Shown here: positions 8,332 to 17,031 of the stretch, piece after piece
Numbering within the stretch: the stretch's first letter is position 1
Layout: every line of letters starts with the position of its first letter
Assembly: GCA_035573715.1 (NCBI GenBank)
Contig: DATLZZ010000010.1
Location: 215,355 to 279,354 of the forward strand
Direction of reading: 5' to 3'
DNA length: 64,000 nt
From: Candidatus Xenobia bacterium
Lineage (GTDB): Bacteria > Acidobacteriota > Terriglobia > Acidiferrales > 2-02-FULL-67-57
The notes under the pieces: generated by a model
Told to the model about the DNA's origin: nothing
The model's input: only the letters and a program-made list of their open reading frames with translations
The model's database searches: none
Program-made: the position numbers and the translations under genes

Positions 8332-9552
8332 CTAGTGGCTGCCACCCGGCTTGTTCGCCGCAGGATGGCCGGGGAAATGAACCGCCACGCCGCGCCAGCC
8401 GCTGTCGAGCGTCGCCGGCTCGCTGCGCAGCACGTAGCCGCTCAGACGCACCTCCACAGGATTCTTCTCGCCTCGTCCCTTGCCGAGCGCGCCGCCCGCG
8501 CCGTAGCCGTTGACCGGTAGCCGGACGGTGAGTTCGACGGGCTGCTGGGGCTCGTAGCGTGTTGGCGTCAGGAAGTAGGCGCCGTGGAAGCTGATGTTCT
8601 CCAGCTGCACCTGCTCCCGCAGGGCGCGGCCGTTGAGCCGCGTTTCGACCTCGACAGGCACCTGGGCGGCCATGCGCTGGCTCAGTCGGAGGCGGCGCGA
8701 GCCGACGCGTGTCTCGCCTCGCGCCACATCCATCACCATCCCTTCGGAAGCAGCCAGGGTGCGAGGGAATTCGCGTCGGGCCTGGCCGAGAATCTGGTCC
8801 ACCTCGTCGTCCGTGCGCCAGTGGTCGTGGTGGAAAAGGACAAGCTGCCTGACCCCGGCCTTCTTCGCCAGCCGCACCGCATCCTGCCAGGTGCCGTGGC
8901 CGACGCCGCGCTTGGCGCCGCGCAGCTCGTCGGCGAAATACTGAGCGTCGCAAACCAGCACGTCGGCGTCCCGAGAAAGCGCCACCAAAGCGTCGTCGAA
9001 TTCCGGCGCCCCGGGCTCGTGGTCGGTGGCGTAGACGATGGAGACGCCACCGCGATCGAGCCGGTAGGCCATCGAGCCGTCGGGATGGTTGAGCCGGCAG
9101 GTGCGGATGCGGGTGAGGCCGAGATAGTAGTCGGTCACCCACTCCAGTTCGCGCAGCGTGTAGGTGGCGTGGAGCTGGTCGAGCGGCTGCGGGAAAAACG
9201 GCGAGCGGAACAGGATGTCAAGCACGCCGCTGAGCGTGGCCGGCACGCTCTTGCCCGAGAGCGGCGGCCCGAAGAATTGCAGCGTGGTGTTGGCGTAGTA
9301 GAGCGGCTCGAAGAACGGCAGACCCTGGATGTGATCCCAGTGGTAGTGGCTGAGCAGGACGTTGACGTTGAGGTCAGCGCTGCGCCGCCTGACCAGTTCG
9401 TGGCCGAGGTCGCGGGCGCCGGTGCCGACGTCGAGGATAAAAATCTGGTCGCCGGTGCTAACCTCAAGGCAGGGCGTGTGGCCCCCATACCGCCACGCCC
9501 AGGGCTCCGGCGACGGGACTGAACCGCGCACTCCCCAGAAAGTCAGTTGCAC
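8332..9552 (-). CDS. MBL-fold metallo-hydrolase (PhnP/RNase Z-like) fused to C-terminal PilZ domain
   Basis: HxHxDH motif (SHYHWDH) and LTFWGVRGS N-terminus. C-terminal RxxxR (RLSQR) and NxSxxG (NISFHG) PilZ motifs. Start set at a GTG preceded by a GGGAGG Shine-Dalgarno. Confidence 0.75.
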   Translation of the reverse strand: MQLTFWGVRGSVPSPEPWAWRYGGHTPCLEVSTGDQIFILDVGTGARDLGHELVRRRSADLNVNVLLSHYHWDHIQGLPFFEPLYYANTTLQFFGPPLSGKSVPATLSGVLDILFRSPFFPQPLDQLHATYTLRELEWVTDYYLGLTRIRTCRLNHPDGSMAYRLDRGGVSIVYATDHEPGAPEFDDALVALSRDADVLVCDAQYFADELRGAKRGVGHGTWQDAVRLAKKAGVRQLVLFHHDHWRTDDEVDQILGQARREFPRTLAASEGMVMDVARGETRVGSRRLRLSQRMAAQVPVEVETRLNGRALREQVQLENISFHGAYFLTPTRYEPQQPVELTVRLPVNGYGAGGALGKGRGEKNPVEVRLSGYVLRSEPATLDSGWRGVAVHFPGHPAANKPGGSH

Positions 9553-9745
9553 GCTCTTGCCTCCCACGCGGGATGCTGCCACGTGCCCTCCGGCCTTTCT
9601 GTCGAACGTTCCCCCAGGCTGACTGCGCCCGCGCTGTCCCACAGGCGTGGAGGCGGGAAGAAACAGCCTAGCCCCGGCGAGACCGAAAAGTAACTGGTGA
9701 AGCGGCCAAACGAAGGACAGGGGGGATGCCTGTACCGCAGGGCAA

Positions 9746-10426
9746 TCAACGGCCAGTGCGGCCGGCGGCGCCCGGGCGCGACTGCCAGTAGAGCAGAATC
9801 AAATCGGTGCGGCGCTGCACGCCGAACTTGGCCAGCACGTTCGAGACGTGGAACTTGACCGTGCGCTCTGAGAGCGTCAGCCGCTGGGCGATTTCTTTGT
9901 TTGACATGTTGGCCAGCAGCGCCTCCAGCACTTCCTGCTCGCGCGGGCTGACGTAGGCGGGGCCGAAACTCCACCGCCGCGGGCCGAGGCCTTCCAGAAT
10001 CCAGTCGACGAACCGCGACAGCACCGGGCGCGGCACCCAGAACCCCCCGGCAGCGACGGCGCGCACCGCCTGCGCCAGTTGCGCCCGCGTCTGCGAGTAC
10101 GGCACCAAGCCCTTGGCGCCCAAGCGCAGGAGGGGAAAACTGTTGGCCTCGGTGAACTTCTCGGCCACGAGCAGCACGCGAGCCTTGGGTGAGCGCGAAA
10201 GGATGTTCGCCACCAGAGCTTCGGCGCCCGGGCGGGAGTCGGCGGCGTCAATCAGATAGAGCCGCGCTGAGGGCACCCGCCGGCGGCGAAGGTCGGAAGC
10301 CAGCCCCGACTCCAGGCGCACGGCGCGCACCGCGAAGCCGGCATCCGCCAGCAGGCGCTGCAGCTCGCTAAGCACCAGCGGATGCGAAGACAGCAAGCAC
10401 ACTGTCAGCCGGCCGCGGCCCGCCAT
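9746..10426 (-). CDS. LuxR-family response regulator (receiver-like domain plus HTH)
   Basis: C-terminal LuxR HTH (SPREQEVLEALLANMSNKEIAQRLTLSERTVKFHVSNVLAKFGV). Receiver-like N-domain with Asp (LYLIDAADS) but a weak acidic pocket. Confidence 0.7.
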   Translation of the reverse strand: MAGRGRLTVCLLSSHPLVLSELQRLLADAGFAVRAVRLESGLASDLRRRRVPSARLYLIDAADSRPGAEALVANILSRSPKARVLLVAEKFTEANSFPLLRLGAKGLVPYSQTRAQLAQAVRAVAAGGFWVPRPVLSRFVDWILEGLGPRRWSFGPAYVSPREQEVLEALLANMSNKEIAQRLTLSERTVKFHVSNVLAKFGVQRRTDLILLYWQSRPGAAGRTGR

Positions 10427-10473
10427 GCGTGGCACGCTACCCGAATTGTTGCCGCCGGGCAATAGTCTGTTGG

Positions 10474-10890
10474 TCAGTAATTCTGCCAGACGCCGGGAGT
10501 GGCGAGCTCGAGCAGGTGGCCGTCGGGGTCGCGGAAGTACAGGCTACGGCCGCCGAGCTCCCACTGCTTGCGCAGCTCGATGGCCAGCCCGTTCTGGCCC
10601 AGCCACCGCTCCCAGGCGTCGAAGTCTTCCGCCGCGATGGCGAAGGTGAGGTGGTCGGGGCCGGTGGTGTCAATCCCGCCGGGAAGAAAACCGCCTTCGT
10701 GCGAAACGCGCTCGATGGAAGCCCCCTGCTTGAACAGCAGCAGAACTTGCTGGGGCGCCACTGCCAGCGCGTGCAGCCGCTCGGAGGAGGCGATGACTTC
10801 AAAGCCGAAGATGCGACAGTAGAACTCGACCGCGCGCTTTACGTCCTGCACGAACAGGGCGGTCTCGAGAATCCCCTTCACCGGCGGCAT
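10474..10890 (-). CDS. VOC/glyoxalase-bleomycin resistance family protein
   Basis: Glyoxalase-like fold sequence (ALFVQDVKRAVEFYCRIFGFEV ... LYFRDPDGHLLEL). Start at an internal Met with a GGAGG Shine-Dalgarno. Confidence 0.75.
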   Translation of the reverse strand: MPPVKGILETALFVQDVKRAVEFYCRIFGFEVIASSERLHALAVAPQQVLLLFKQGASIERVSHEGGFLPGGIDTTGPDHLTFAIAAEDFDAWERWLGQNGLAIELRKQWELGGRSLYFRDPDGHLLELATPGVWQNY

Positions 10891-10945
10891 GGCGTTCACT
10901 CCGCGGAGGAATTGTAGCAGGTTGCGCGTGCTATCATCGAAGGCC

Positions 10946-11539
10946 GTGCTGCTGAATCGGATTGAGTACGCGCTGGTGAACAACCCGCTGCGGGCGCTGG
11001 TGCAGCGGCGCTTCGAGGCGCGGCGGCTGCTGCGCCTGGGCGGAGCCTTGAGCGGCGGCGTGGCGCTGGAGATGGGCTGCGGCCGCGGAGTCGGCGTGAG
11101 CCTCATTCTCGATGACTTTGGCGCCGAGCGCGTGGATGCGTTCGACCTCGACCCGCGCATGGTGGCGCTGGCTCGCAAGCGCCTCCACGCGCGCGCTGAG
11201 CATGTACGGCTCTGGGTGGGCGACGCGGCGCAGGTTCCCGTGCCGGACGCCACCTACGACGCGGTCTTCGATTTCGCCATCATTCATCACGTGCCCGGGT
11301 GGCGGCGCGCGGTGGCCGAAGTCCATCGGGTGCTCAAGCCCGGCGGGCGCTTCTACGCCGAAGAAGTGCTGGAGAAGTTCACCACGCACCCGATGGCGCG
11401 GCGACTGCTCGACCACCCCGCGGACGGTCGGTTCGACTCGGCCACCTTTGCCCAGGCGCTGCGCGACGTTGGCTTGAGGCCCCTCGCCTCGGAAACGCTC
11501 TGGCAGTCCTTCGCCTGGTTCGTTGCGGTCAAAATCTAG
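10946..11539 (+). CDS. class I SAM-dependent methyltransferase
   Basis: Motif I LEMGCGRGVG. Start moved to GTG to avoid overlap with the divergent VOC gene. Confidence 0.7.
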   Translation: MLLNRIEYALVNNPLRALVQRRFEARRLLRLGGALSGGVALEMGCGRGVGVSLILDDFGAERVDAFDLDPRMVALARKRLHARAEHVRLWVGDAAQVPVPDATYDAVFDFAIIHHVPGWRRAVAEVHRVLKPGGRFYAEEVLEKFTTHPMARRLLDHPADGRFDSATFAQALRDVGLRPLASETLWQSFAWFVAVKI

Positions 11540-11647
11540 AAAAGCCGACGGCGCGTGACAGACAGGTATGTCTGTCCTACCCCTCCATCAAATAGAGAAA
11601 GGGCCCCGACGCAGGGTCGGGGCCCTTTCCAGTCCCTTCGACCGGCC

Positions 11648-12256
11648 TTACTGACTGATGGCCAGGTCTTCCTTCAGGCGGAAGCGCAGGCGGGTTTCAG
11701 CCGGGTAGCGGATGTCGCGCTGCCCGGTGAGCGCCGCGGCACCGGTACCGCTGCCCGCGCCCACGCCGGCGCCGATGGCCGCCCCCTTGCCGCCGCCGGC
11801 CAGGCCGCCGATCAAGGCGCCCAAGCCGGTGCCGCCGCCGATGAACAGCACGTTGCGCTTCAGTTTGCTGCCCTCGCGGCGGCCGGTGGTCGAGGTTTCG
11901 ACGTCATAGCTATCGCCGTCCACCTCGACCTCGGTCAGGGTCATAAACAGCCGGCCACTGCCCTTGAAGCGGCCGGAGGCCTCGGCGTCAACCACTTCGC
12001 CGGTGACCTCCGAGCCAGCCGGGATGATCACCTTGTCGCCCACCACCACGTCGTGGTCGAGGACGCCGGTGAAGTCATCGCCCGGCTCATTGGTCTTGGA
12101 GCTCAAGCTCTGCGTCAGCCGCACGGTGAGCTCCGTCCCCGCCGGCACAATCACCGGTTCTGGCCTGAGTACGTAGGTGGCTCCCACAATCAGCGACGCT
12201 GCGAGCAGCACCGCTGCCGTGGCCACCCAAAGGCTCTTGCCCTTAGGAATGCGCAT
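11648..12256 (-). CDS. secreted glycine-zipper protein (paralog 2 of 3)
   Basis: Signal peptide, GLGALIGGLAGGGKGAAIGAGVGAGSG zipper. Same architecture as 6498-7139. Confidence 0.6.
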   Translation of the reverse strand: MRIPKGKSLWVATAAVLLAASLIVGATYVLRPEPVIVPAGTELTVRLTQSLSSKTNEPGDDFTGVLDHDVVVGDKVIIPAGSEVTGEVVDAEASGRFKGSGRLFMTLTEVEVDGDSYDVETSTTGRREGSKLKRNVLFIGGGTGLGALIGGLAGGGKGAAIGAGVGAGSGTGAAALTGQRDIRYPAETRLRFRLKEDLAISQ

Positions 12257-12407
12257 GATTGCTACCTCCAGGCGACGTGTCGCCCGTTTCAAGCCTAAAC
12301 AGAGGCCTTCGAGCCCCGAAAAGGTTGTCCGTTATTTCCTAAGTGTTTTACTTGCAAGAGATTAGCTCAGAAATCGAGCATTTTCCTGTCCGTGAGCCGG
12401 TCGCGCC

Positions 12408-12530
12408 GTGCGGTTTTTGCGGTTTTTGCGGTTTTCGCGGTTTTTGCGGTTTTGCCGTTGTCCCAGAAGGCCGGAAAAATTACAACCAGAAAAAAAACAA
12501 CCGCAAAAACCGCAAAAACCGCAAAAACCG
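12408..12530. repeat. inverted array of tandem 9-mers (GCGGTTTTT x5 ... AAACCGCAA x4)
   Basis: Direct tandem 9-bp repeats on one arm and their reverse complement on the other arm, separated by an A-rich spacer. Lies immediately upstream of the glucosaminidase operon. Confidence 0.7.
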
Positions 12531-12555
12531 TAGACAAGCGGCGGCGGCTGTCGCT

Positions 12556-13116
12556 ATGGAAGACGTGGTTGAACCGATGAGCGACAACCAGGTGAAGCGA
12601 GAATCGAATCGAACCCAGGCCCGCGCCGCCGCGCTTCTGAATGACGACAAGGGGCGATTCCTGGCGGAACTGGCTCCGGCGGTGCAGCGGTTGGCGGCGC
12701 GCACCGGCCTGCCGGCGTCGGCCGTGCTCGCGCAAGCCATTCTGGAATCGAACTGGGGGCGATCGGCGCTGGCGCGGCAAGCCCACAATCTGTTTGGAAT
12801 CAAGGCGCGTCGCGGCGCGCGGGCTTCCGCCACGTTCAACACGACAGAGTACGAGGGCGGGGAGGCGCGGCGCGAGGCGGCGCGCTTCGCGGCCTACGCG
12901 AGCTACGAGGACTGCCTCGGCGACTACGCCCGGGTTCTCGCTCACCCGCGCTACTTGCGGGCGCGCCGCGTGGCCGCCAACCCGCTGGCGTTCGTGGTGG
13001 AGCTGCAGCGCGCCGGCTACGCCACCGATCCGCACTACGCGCACAAGCTGGCGCTGCTCATCCGCCGCTATCGCCTCACCCAGTACGACGTCCCGCGAAA
13101 GGAGCCCACGCCATGA
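12556..13116 (+). CDS. glucosaminidase-domain peptidoglycan hydrolase (FlgJ/endolysin-like), no signal peptide
   Basis: LAQAILESNWGRSALARQAHNLFGIKA glucosaminidase motif. AT-rich repeat-derived upstream ATG rejected as start. Confidence 0.65.
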   Translation: MEDVVEPMSDNQVKRESNRTQARAAALLNDDKGRFLAELAPAVQRLAARTGLPASAVLAQAILESNWGRSALARQAHNLFGIKARRGARASATFNTTEYEGGEARREAARFAAYASYEDCLGDYARVLAHPRYLRARRVAANPLAFVVELQRAGYATDPHYAHKLALLIRRYRLTQYDVPRKEPTP

Positions 13117-13550
13117 GTCTCAGTTTCGCCAATCGCCGCCTTGTCTTTCTCCTGCTTCTAACCTCCAGCCTCCTGCTTCCGGGCTGCGGCGACTTCGAGC
13201 GCAACGCCTACCGCACCCTCAAGGTCGCCAAAGTCGAATACGAGCTTCTGCAGGAGCACGCCGCGCGCGCCTACCTGGAGGGCCGGCTGACGGAGCCGCA
13301 GTGGGAGCGCTTCGCGGTGGCCGGCAACCGCTTCATCGCCGCGCACACCCTCGCGGCTGACCTGATGAAGACCTACCAGCAAGTGCGGCGCGCGGGTTCG
13401 TCGGAGGACGAGCGGGCGCGCCTCGAGGCGCGCATCAACGCCGCGCTGGCTCAGTTGCCGGTGCTGCTGGCCGACCTGCGGGCGCTGCTGGGCTCGTTCG
13501 ACTCCGGCGGCGCCGCGGCGGCCGATGAGAGTCGTCAATCGAGGAGGTAG
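13113..13550 (+). CDS. lipoprotein (lipobox LLPGC), helical
   Basis: Signal peptide plus lipobox. ATGA start/stop overlap with the upstream gene. Confidence 0.55.
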   Translation: MSLSFANRRLVFLLLLTSSLLLPGCGDFERNAYRTLKVAKVEYELLQEHAARAYLEGRLTEPQWERFAVAGNRFIAAHTLAADLMKTYQQVRRAGSSEDERARLEARINAALAQLPVLLADLRALLGSFDSGGAAAADESRQSRR

Positions 13551-13553
13551 CCC

Positions 13554-13751
13554 ATGGCCATCACCAAACGCGACATCGTTACCTGGGCAGAACTGATTCA
13601 GCTCATCTCGCAGATGCTGCTTGCCGGCGTCGCCGCGCTGAAAGATGACGAGCCGGTGGACTTCGACGCAGTCAAGATCGCGCTCACGCCCGAGGAGGCC
13701 GTGCGGCGCCTGCGCCCGGAGGGAACGGCGAAACTGGAAAAGGGAGAATAG
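13554..13751 (+). CDS. small hypothetical protein (65 aa)
   Basis: Tightly spaced within the operon (4-nt gaps). Coding-like GC3. Confidence 0.4.
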   Translation: MAITKRDIVTWAELIQLISQMLLAGVAALKDDEPVDFDAVKIALTPEEAVRRLRPEGTAKLEKGE

Positions 13752-13754
13752 CGA

Positions 13755-14288
13755 GTGACCACTGAAGTATTGGCAACCGAGCAAAGCAGGACGCCCGAGC
13801 GGCGTTACCTGAAGGCGACGCTGGCGGGCGCGGGCGGCATGCTGGCGCTGCTGTGGTTTCTGCTGGAGCAGCGCCCCGAGCTGGCGCAGCTTCTGCTGGA
13901 GCGCATCGTCATCGCCTGGGGACCGCAGTTCGTCATTCTGCTTCTCCTGTTCGGCTTTCTCTATCTGCTGGCCGACCGCTACGCGCCGCGACTCATCGCC
14001 GCCCAGCGGGAAACGGCGGTGGCCTTGCAAAGCCTGGCGCGCGCGGTCGAGCAGTTGGTGGCGCGGGAGAACTCGTTCCAGCGCGAGCAGGACGTGCTGC
14101 TGAACCACGTCGCCCGGCGCGTCGAAGCCATCCACAAGCTCCTCAACGGCCGTCTCCACCGACTGGCTCGCGCTTCTTCCGAGCCACCGCCGAAAAAGGC
14201 TCGCCCGCGTTCGGCACGGCCCAACCCGGGCCAGCGGTCCTCGAAGCCGGAGTTGGCAGTTGCAAATCACGTTCTTTCCTCTACTTGA
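13755..14288 (+). CDS. membrane protein (2 TM) with charged C-terminal tail
   Basis: Two hydrophobic helices (LAGAGGMLALLWFLL and VILLLLFGFLYLL). GTG start 4 nt after the previous stop. Confidence 0.5.
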   Translation: MTTEVLATEQSRTPERRYLKATLAGAGGMLALLWFLLEQRPELAQLLLERIVIAWGPQFVILLLLFGFLYLLADRYAPRLIAAQRETAVALQSLARAVEQLVARENSFQREQDVLLNHVARRVEAIHKLLNGRLHRLARASSEPPPKKARPRSARPNPGQRSSKPELAVANHVLSST

Positions 14289-14364
14289 CTCCCCTCCGCC
14301 TGCCCCCTACAATCTCCCTGTCGTTTGGGGTCGGGTTTCACCACAGAGGGCAGAGGAAACAACT

Positions 14365-15636
14365 TTGCGCATCACCTTTTGGGGGGTGCGAGGTTCTACT
14401 CCCACACCCGCGCGCCACACGTGGCGCTATGGGGGCAACACGCCGTGCGTCGAGCTGCGCCTGCCCGACCAACTGGTTTTGATTGACGCCGGCACCGGCA
14501 TCCGAGAGCTCGGCCAGCAGCTCCTCGCCGAAGCCCGCCCCGATTCGGCCGGTGCTCCGCCCAAGCCCATCAACGTCTCTCTGCTGTTCTCTCACTACCA
14601 CTGGGACCACATCCAGGGCCTACCGTTTTTCGCGCCCATCTATGCGCCCGGGAACACCGTTCGCCTTTACGGGCCGCGCTTCCGCGACGTCGCCGGCTCG
14701 TCGCTCTCGGCGGCGCTTCAAGCGCTGTTTTGCGCGCCGTTTTTCCCGGTGCTGGCCACCGACCTGCGCGCCGCCCATCCCATCGAAGAATTTGACGACA
14801 ACGCCAGCTTCTCGCTGGGCGATCTCCGGGTGCGCGCCTGCCGGGTCAATCACCCGCAGGGCTCGGTCGCCTATCGCTTCGAGCACGGCGGGGCTTCGGT
14901 CGTCTATGCGACCGACCACGAGCCGGGCAACGAGGAAATTGACCGGCGGCTGCGCAACTTCGCGCGCGGCGCCGACGTGCTTATCACCGACGCCCAGTAT
15001 TTCCCCGAGCAGCTTGTCGCCGAGCGCAAAGGCTGGGGCCACAGCTCGTGGCAGGCGGCCACCGAACTGGCGCGGGCGGCCGAGGTCAAGAACCTGATCC
15101 TCTTCCACCACGAGCCGACCCACAGCGACGAAGTGCTGGACGCGATTCTGGTTCGCGCCCGGGGGGCTTTTGCCAACACTCACTCGGCCACGGAAACGCT
15201 GGTGGTGGAGGTGCGCCGCCGGGAAGTGCTCTTCGCCAATCGCCCGGCGCGGCTCAGTCAGCGCGCCGACGTCCACCTGCCGGTCCACGTCGAGACCACG
15301 CAGGACGGCGCGCGGGTGCGGGAGGAGGCGTACCTGGCTAACCTCAGCTTCCACGGCGCCTATATCCTGAGCCCGCATCACTTCGAGCCCCAGCAGTCCA
15401 TCGAAATCGCCGTGCCGCTGCAGCCCGACCCGTCCGCCGCCACCGCTGCGCACCACGGGAAGGGAGCTCCGCCGGGAGAATTTCGCCTCAAAGGGGTGGT
15501 GCTGCGCACGGAGCCGCAGACGACCAACGGCCACTGGGAAGGCGTGGCGGTGATTTTCCCCGACGCCCAGGGCCGTGTCCCCGCCCAGCCGAAGGCGCCG
15601 CCCAAGCCCGGCCCCGACTCCGACACCACCTCGTAG
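14365..15636 (+). CDS. MBL-fold metallo-hydrolase (PhnP/RNase Z-like) fused to C-terminal PilZ domain (paralog 2)
   Basis: LRITFWGVRGS, SHYHWDH. PilZ motifs RLSQR and NLSFHG. TTG start with a GAGG Shine-Dalgarno. Confidence 0.75.
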   Translation: MRITFWGVRGSTPTPARHTWRYGGNTPCVELRLPDQLVLIDAGTGIRELGQQLLAEARPDSAGAPPKPINVSLLFSHYHWDHIQGLPFFAPIYAPGNTVRLYGPRFRDVAGSSLSAALQALFCAPFFPVLATDLRAAHPIEEFDDNASFSLGDLRVRACRVNHPQGSVAYRFEHGGASVVYATDHEPGNEEIDRRLRNFARGADVLITDAQYFPEQLVAERKGWGHSSWQAATELARAAEVKNLILFHHEPTHSDEVLDAILVRARGAFANTHSATETLVVEVRRREVLFANRPARLSQRADVHLPVHVETTQDGARVREEAYLANLSFHGAYILSPHHFEPQQSIEIAVPLQPDPSAATAAHHGKGAPPGEFRLKGVVLRTEPQTTNGHWEGVAVIFPDAQGRVPAQPKAPPKPGPDSDTTS

Positions 15637-15699
15637 GCCGCGACACCCCGCGCCGGTTTTTCTGCTAGACTAAGTGTTTGTTCGGAGGCAAGGGGTCCC

Positions 15700-15927
15700 A
15701 TGCGCGCCTATGTATTCGTCAACGTTAAGGCCGGGAAGGCCAAGGGGGTGGCAGGGAAGATCGCCGCGCTCAAAGGAGTGGTGCAGGCCGATCCCTGCTG
15801 GGGCACGCCCGACATCATTGCCGTCTGCGACGTCAAAAACGAGCGAGCGCTGAACGACCTCGTGTTCAACGAAATCTCCAAGCTCCCCGACGTTGAGCAC
15901 ACCGACACCCACATCACCCTCACCTAG
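15700..15927 (+). CDS. stand-alone Lrp/AsnC C-terminal (RAM) domain protein
   Basis: 75-aa protein resembling the ligand-binding domain of AsnC-family regulators (YVFVNVKAG ... DIIAVCDVKNERALNDLV). Confidence 0.5.
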   Translation: MRAYVFVNVKAGKAKGVAGKIAALKGVVQADPCWGTPDIIAVCDVKNERALNDLVFNEISKLPDVEHTDTHITLT

Positions 15928-15984
15928 TGCCGTTCCCATTACTCGGGTCCAGTGGCTCTTTACCCATGTCCCTCCGTGCCCACC

Positions 15985-16025
15985 TTGGAGAGCAGTCCCG
16001 ACGCAGACGGGACGAGTCGAGGGCT
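15985..16025. repeat. REP-like element copy (GAGCAGTCCCGACGCAGACGGGACGAGTCGAGGG)
   Basis: Near-identical architecture to 600-650. Confidence 0.55.
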
Positions 16026-16036
16026 CATCGGCGGCT

Positions 16037-16360
16037 TCAATCTTCTTCCCCCACTACACCGGCCTGCCATTCCTTCTGCACAGTGTCTCTGTAAACCAGC
16101 CAGCGGCCGCCGACGCGCCGGCCCGCCAACTGGCCCTCGTGGAGCCAGCGGTAAATCGTGTCGGGGGATTTCCCCAGGAGCTTCGCTGCGGCCACAGCCG
16201 AGATCAGCTCGCGCTTCTCCTGCTGGGCCAGCAGCGCGCGCGCCCTCTCGAACTGTGCGGACTTGGGCCGCTCTTCGTCCTTCGGCGGAAGCTTGGACGG
16301 CGGCGCAATCACCGCGAGCCTCTCCCCGTGGCCTGTCGCGCATCCATACTCGGCTCCCAT
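16037..16360 (-). CDS. HTH DNA-binding protein (excisionase/MerR-like)
   Basis: AAAKLLGKSPDTIYRWLHEGQLAGRRVGGRWLV helix-turn-helix. Start uncertain; overlaps the end of the Gam-like gene. Confidence 0.45.
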   Translation of the reverse strand: MGAEYGCATGHGERLAVIAPPSKLPPKDEERPKSAQFERARALLAQQEKRELISAVAAAKLLGKSPDTIYRWLHEGQLAGRRVGGRWLVYRDTVQKEWQAGVVGEED

Positions 16361-16998
16361 CGCTTTAGCGCCTCCCAGTTGAGTTCATAGAACCACTTCT
16401 CCCGTTGCTGCAACCGGACCCCGGCGCGCTGTAGCCTGCGACGCACTCGCGCCCCGGGCCCGTTCTTCCCCACGGCTTGGAGAAAGAACTGCCGCAAGGA
16501 GTCGCGATCGAGCTCCGTGCGGACGCGCAGGAACTGCTGGCCGGGGCGCCAATTGGCCAGAGCTCGCAAGGCGCGCGCTTCATCCTGGATGCTCACCGCG
16601 CGCGCCGTTCGATACCCCACGCGCCCAAACCGCAGCGTCCTTGACTTGCGCGCGTGCCCGTCGATCCGTGCCAACTCGTCGTGGCGGCGACAAAACTTCT
16701 CGATGGCCCTTTCCAGCCTCACCCGCTGGGACTCCAGCGGGGCCCGACGCGCGGAAATCTCCGATTCCAGTCGAGCCCGCGCCTCGGCCCCTGCTCTCTC
16801 GAGTGTGCCGAGTTGCAGGGTCAATTGCGCCAGTTGCAGGAGTGACTTCTCAACCTCCAACCAGCAGGAAACGGCCCCGCTCGCACGCGCCCTTGGCTTG
16901 CTTTGACCCGGGTGCGTGGCGCGGGGCTGGAAATGGTTCCAGGGGACGGGAAGGACTGGCTTTCGACTCGCCCGGCTACGGGAAGAAAGGGCTTGCAT
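16309..16998 (-). CDS. Mu Gam-like host-nuclease inhibitor family protein
   Basis: Coiled-coil N-region followed by KSRTLRFGRVGYRTARAVSIQDEARALRALANWRPGQQFLRVRTELDRDSLRQFF, which aligns with the Mu Gam core. Start uncertain. Confidence 0.55.
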   Translation of the reverse strand: MQALSSRSRASRKPVLPVPWNHFQPRATHPGQSKPRARASGAVSCWLEVEKSLLQLAQLTLQLGTLERAGAEARARLESEISARRAPLESQRVRLERAIEKFCRRHDELARIDGHARKSRTLRFGRVGYRTARAVSIQDEARALRALANWRPGQQFLRVRTELDRDSLRQFFLQAVGKNGPGARVRRRLQRAGVRLQQREKWFYELNWEALKRWEPSMDARQATGRGSR

Positions 16999-17031
16999 GT
17001 GACCCACCAATGAGCTACTATCGACTCGAAA

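Noticed and set aside
8006-9142. 378-aa minus-strand ORF overlapping the MBL-PilZ gene
   Set aside because: Alternative frame of a gene with strong domain support. Pro/Arg/Gly-rich artefact.
12408-12530. Possible CRISPR array
   Set aside because: Repeat unit only 9 bp, no unique spacers, and the two halves are mutually inverted. Not CRISPR.
12343-12555. Upstream ATG that would extend the glucosaminidase protein through CGFCGFCGF / NRKNRKNRK repeats
   Set aside because: The region is AT-rich, lacks coding GC3 bias, and the amino-acid repeats are just translations of the 9-mer DNA array. Start placed at 12556.
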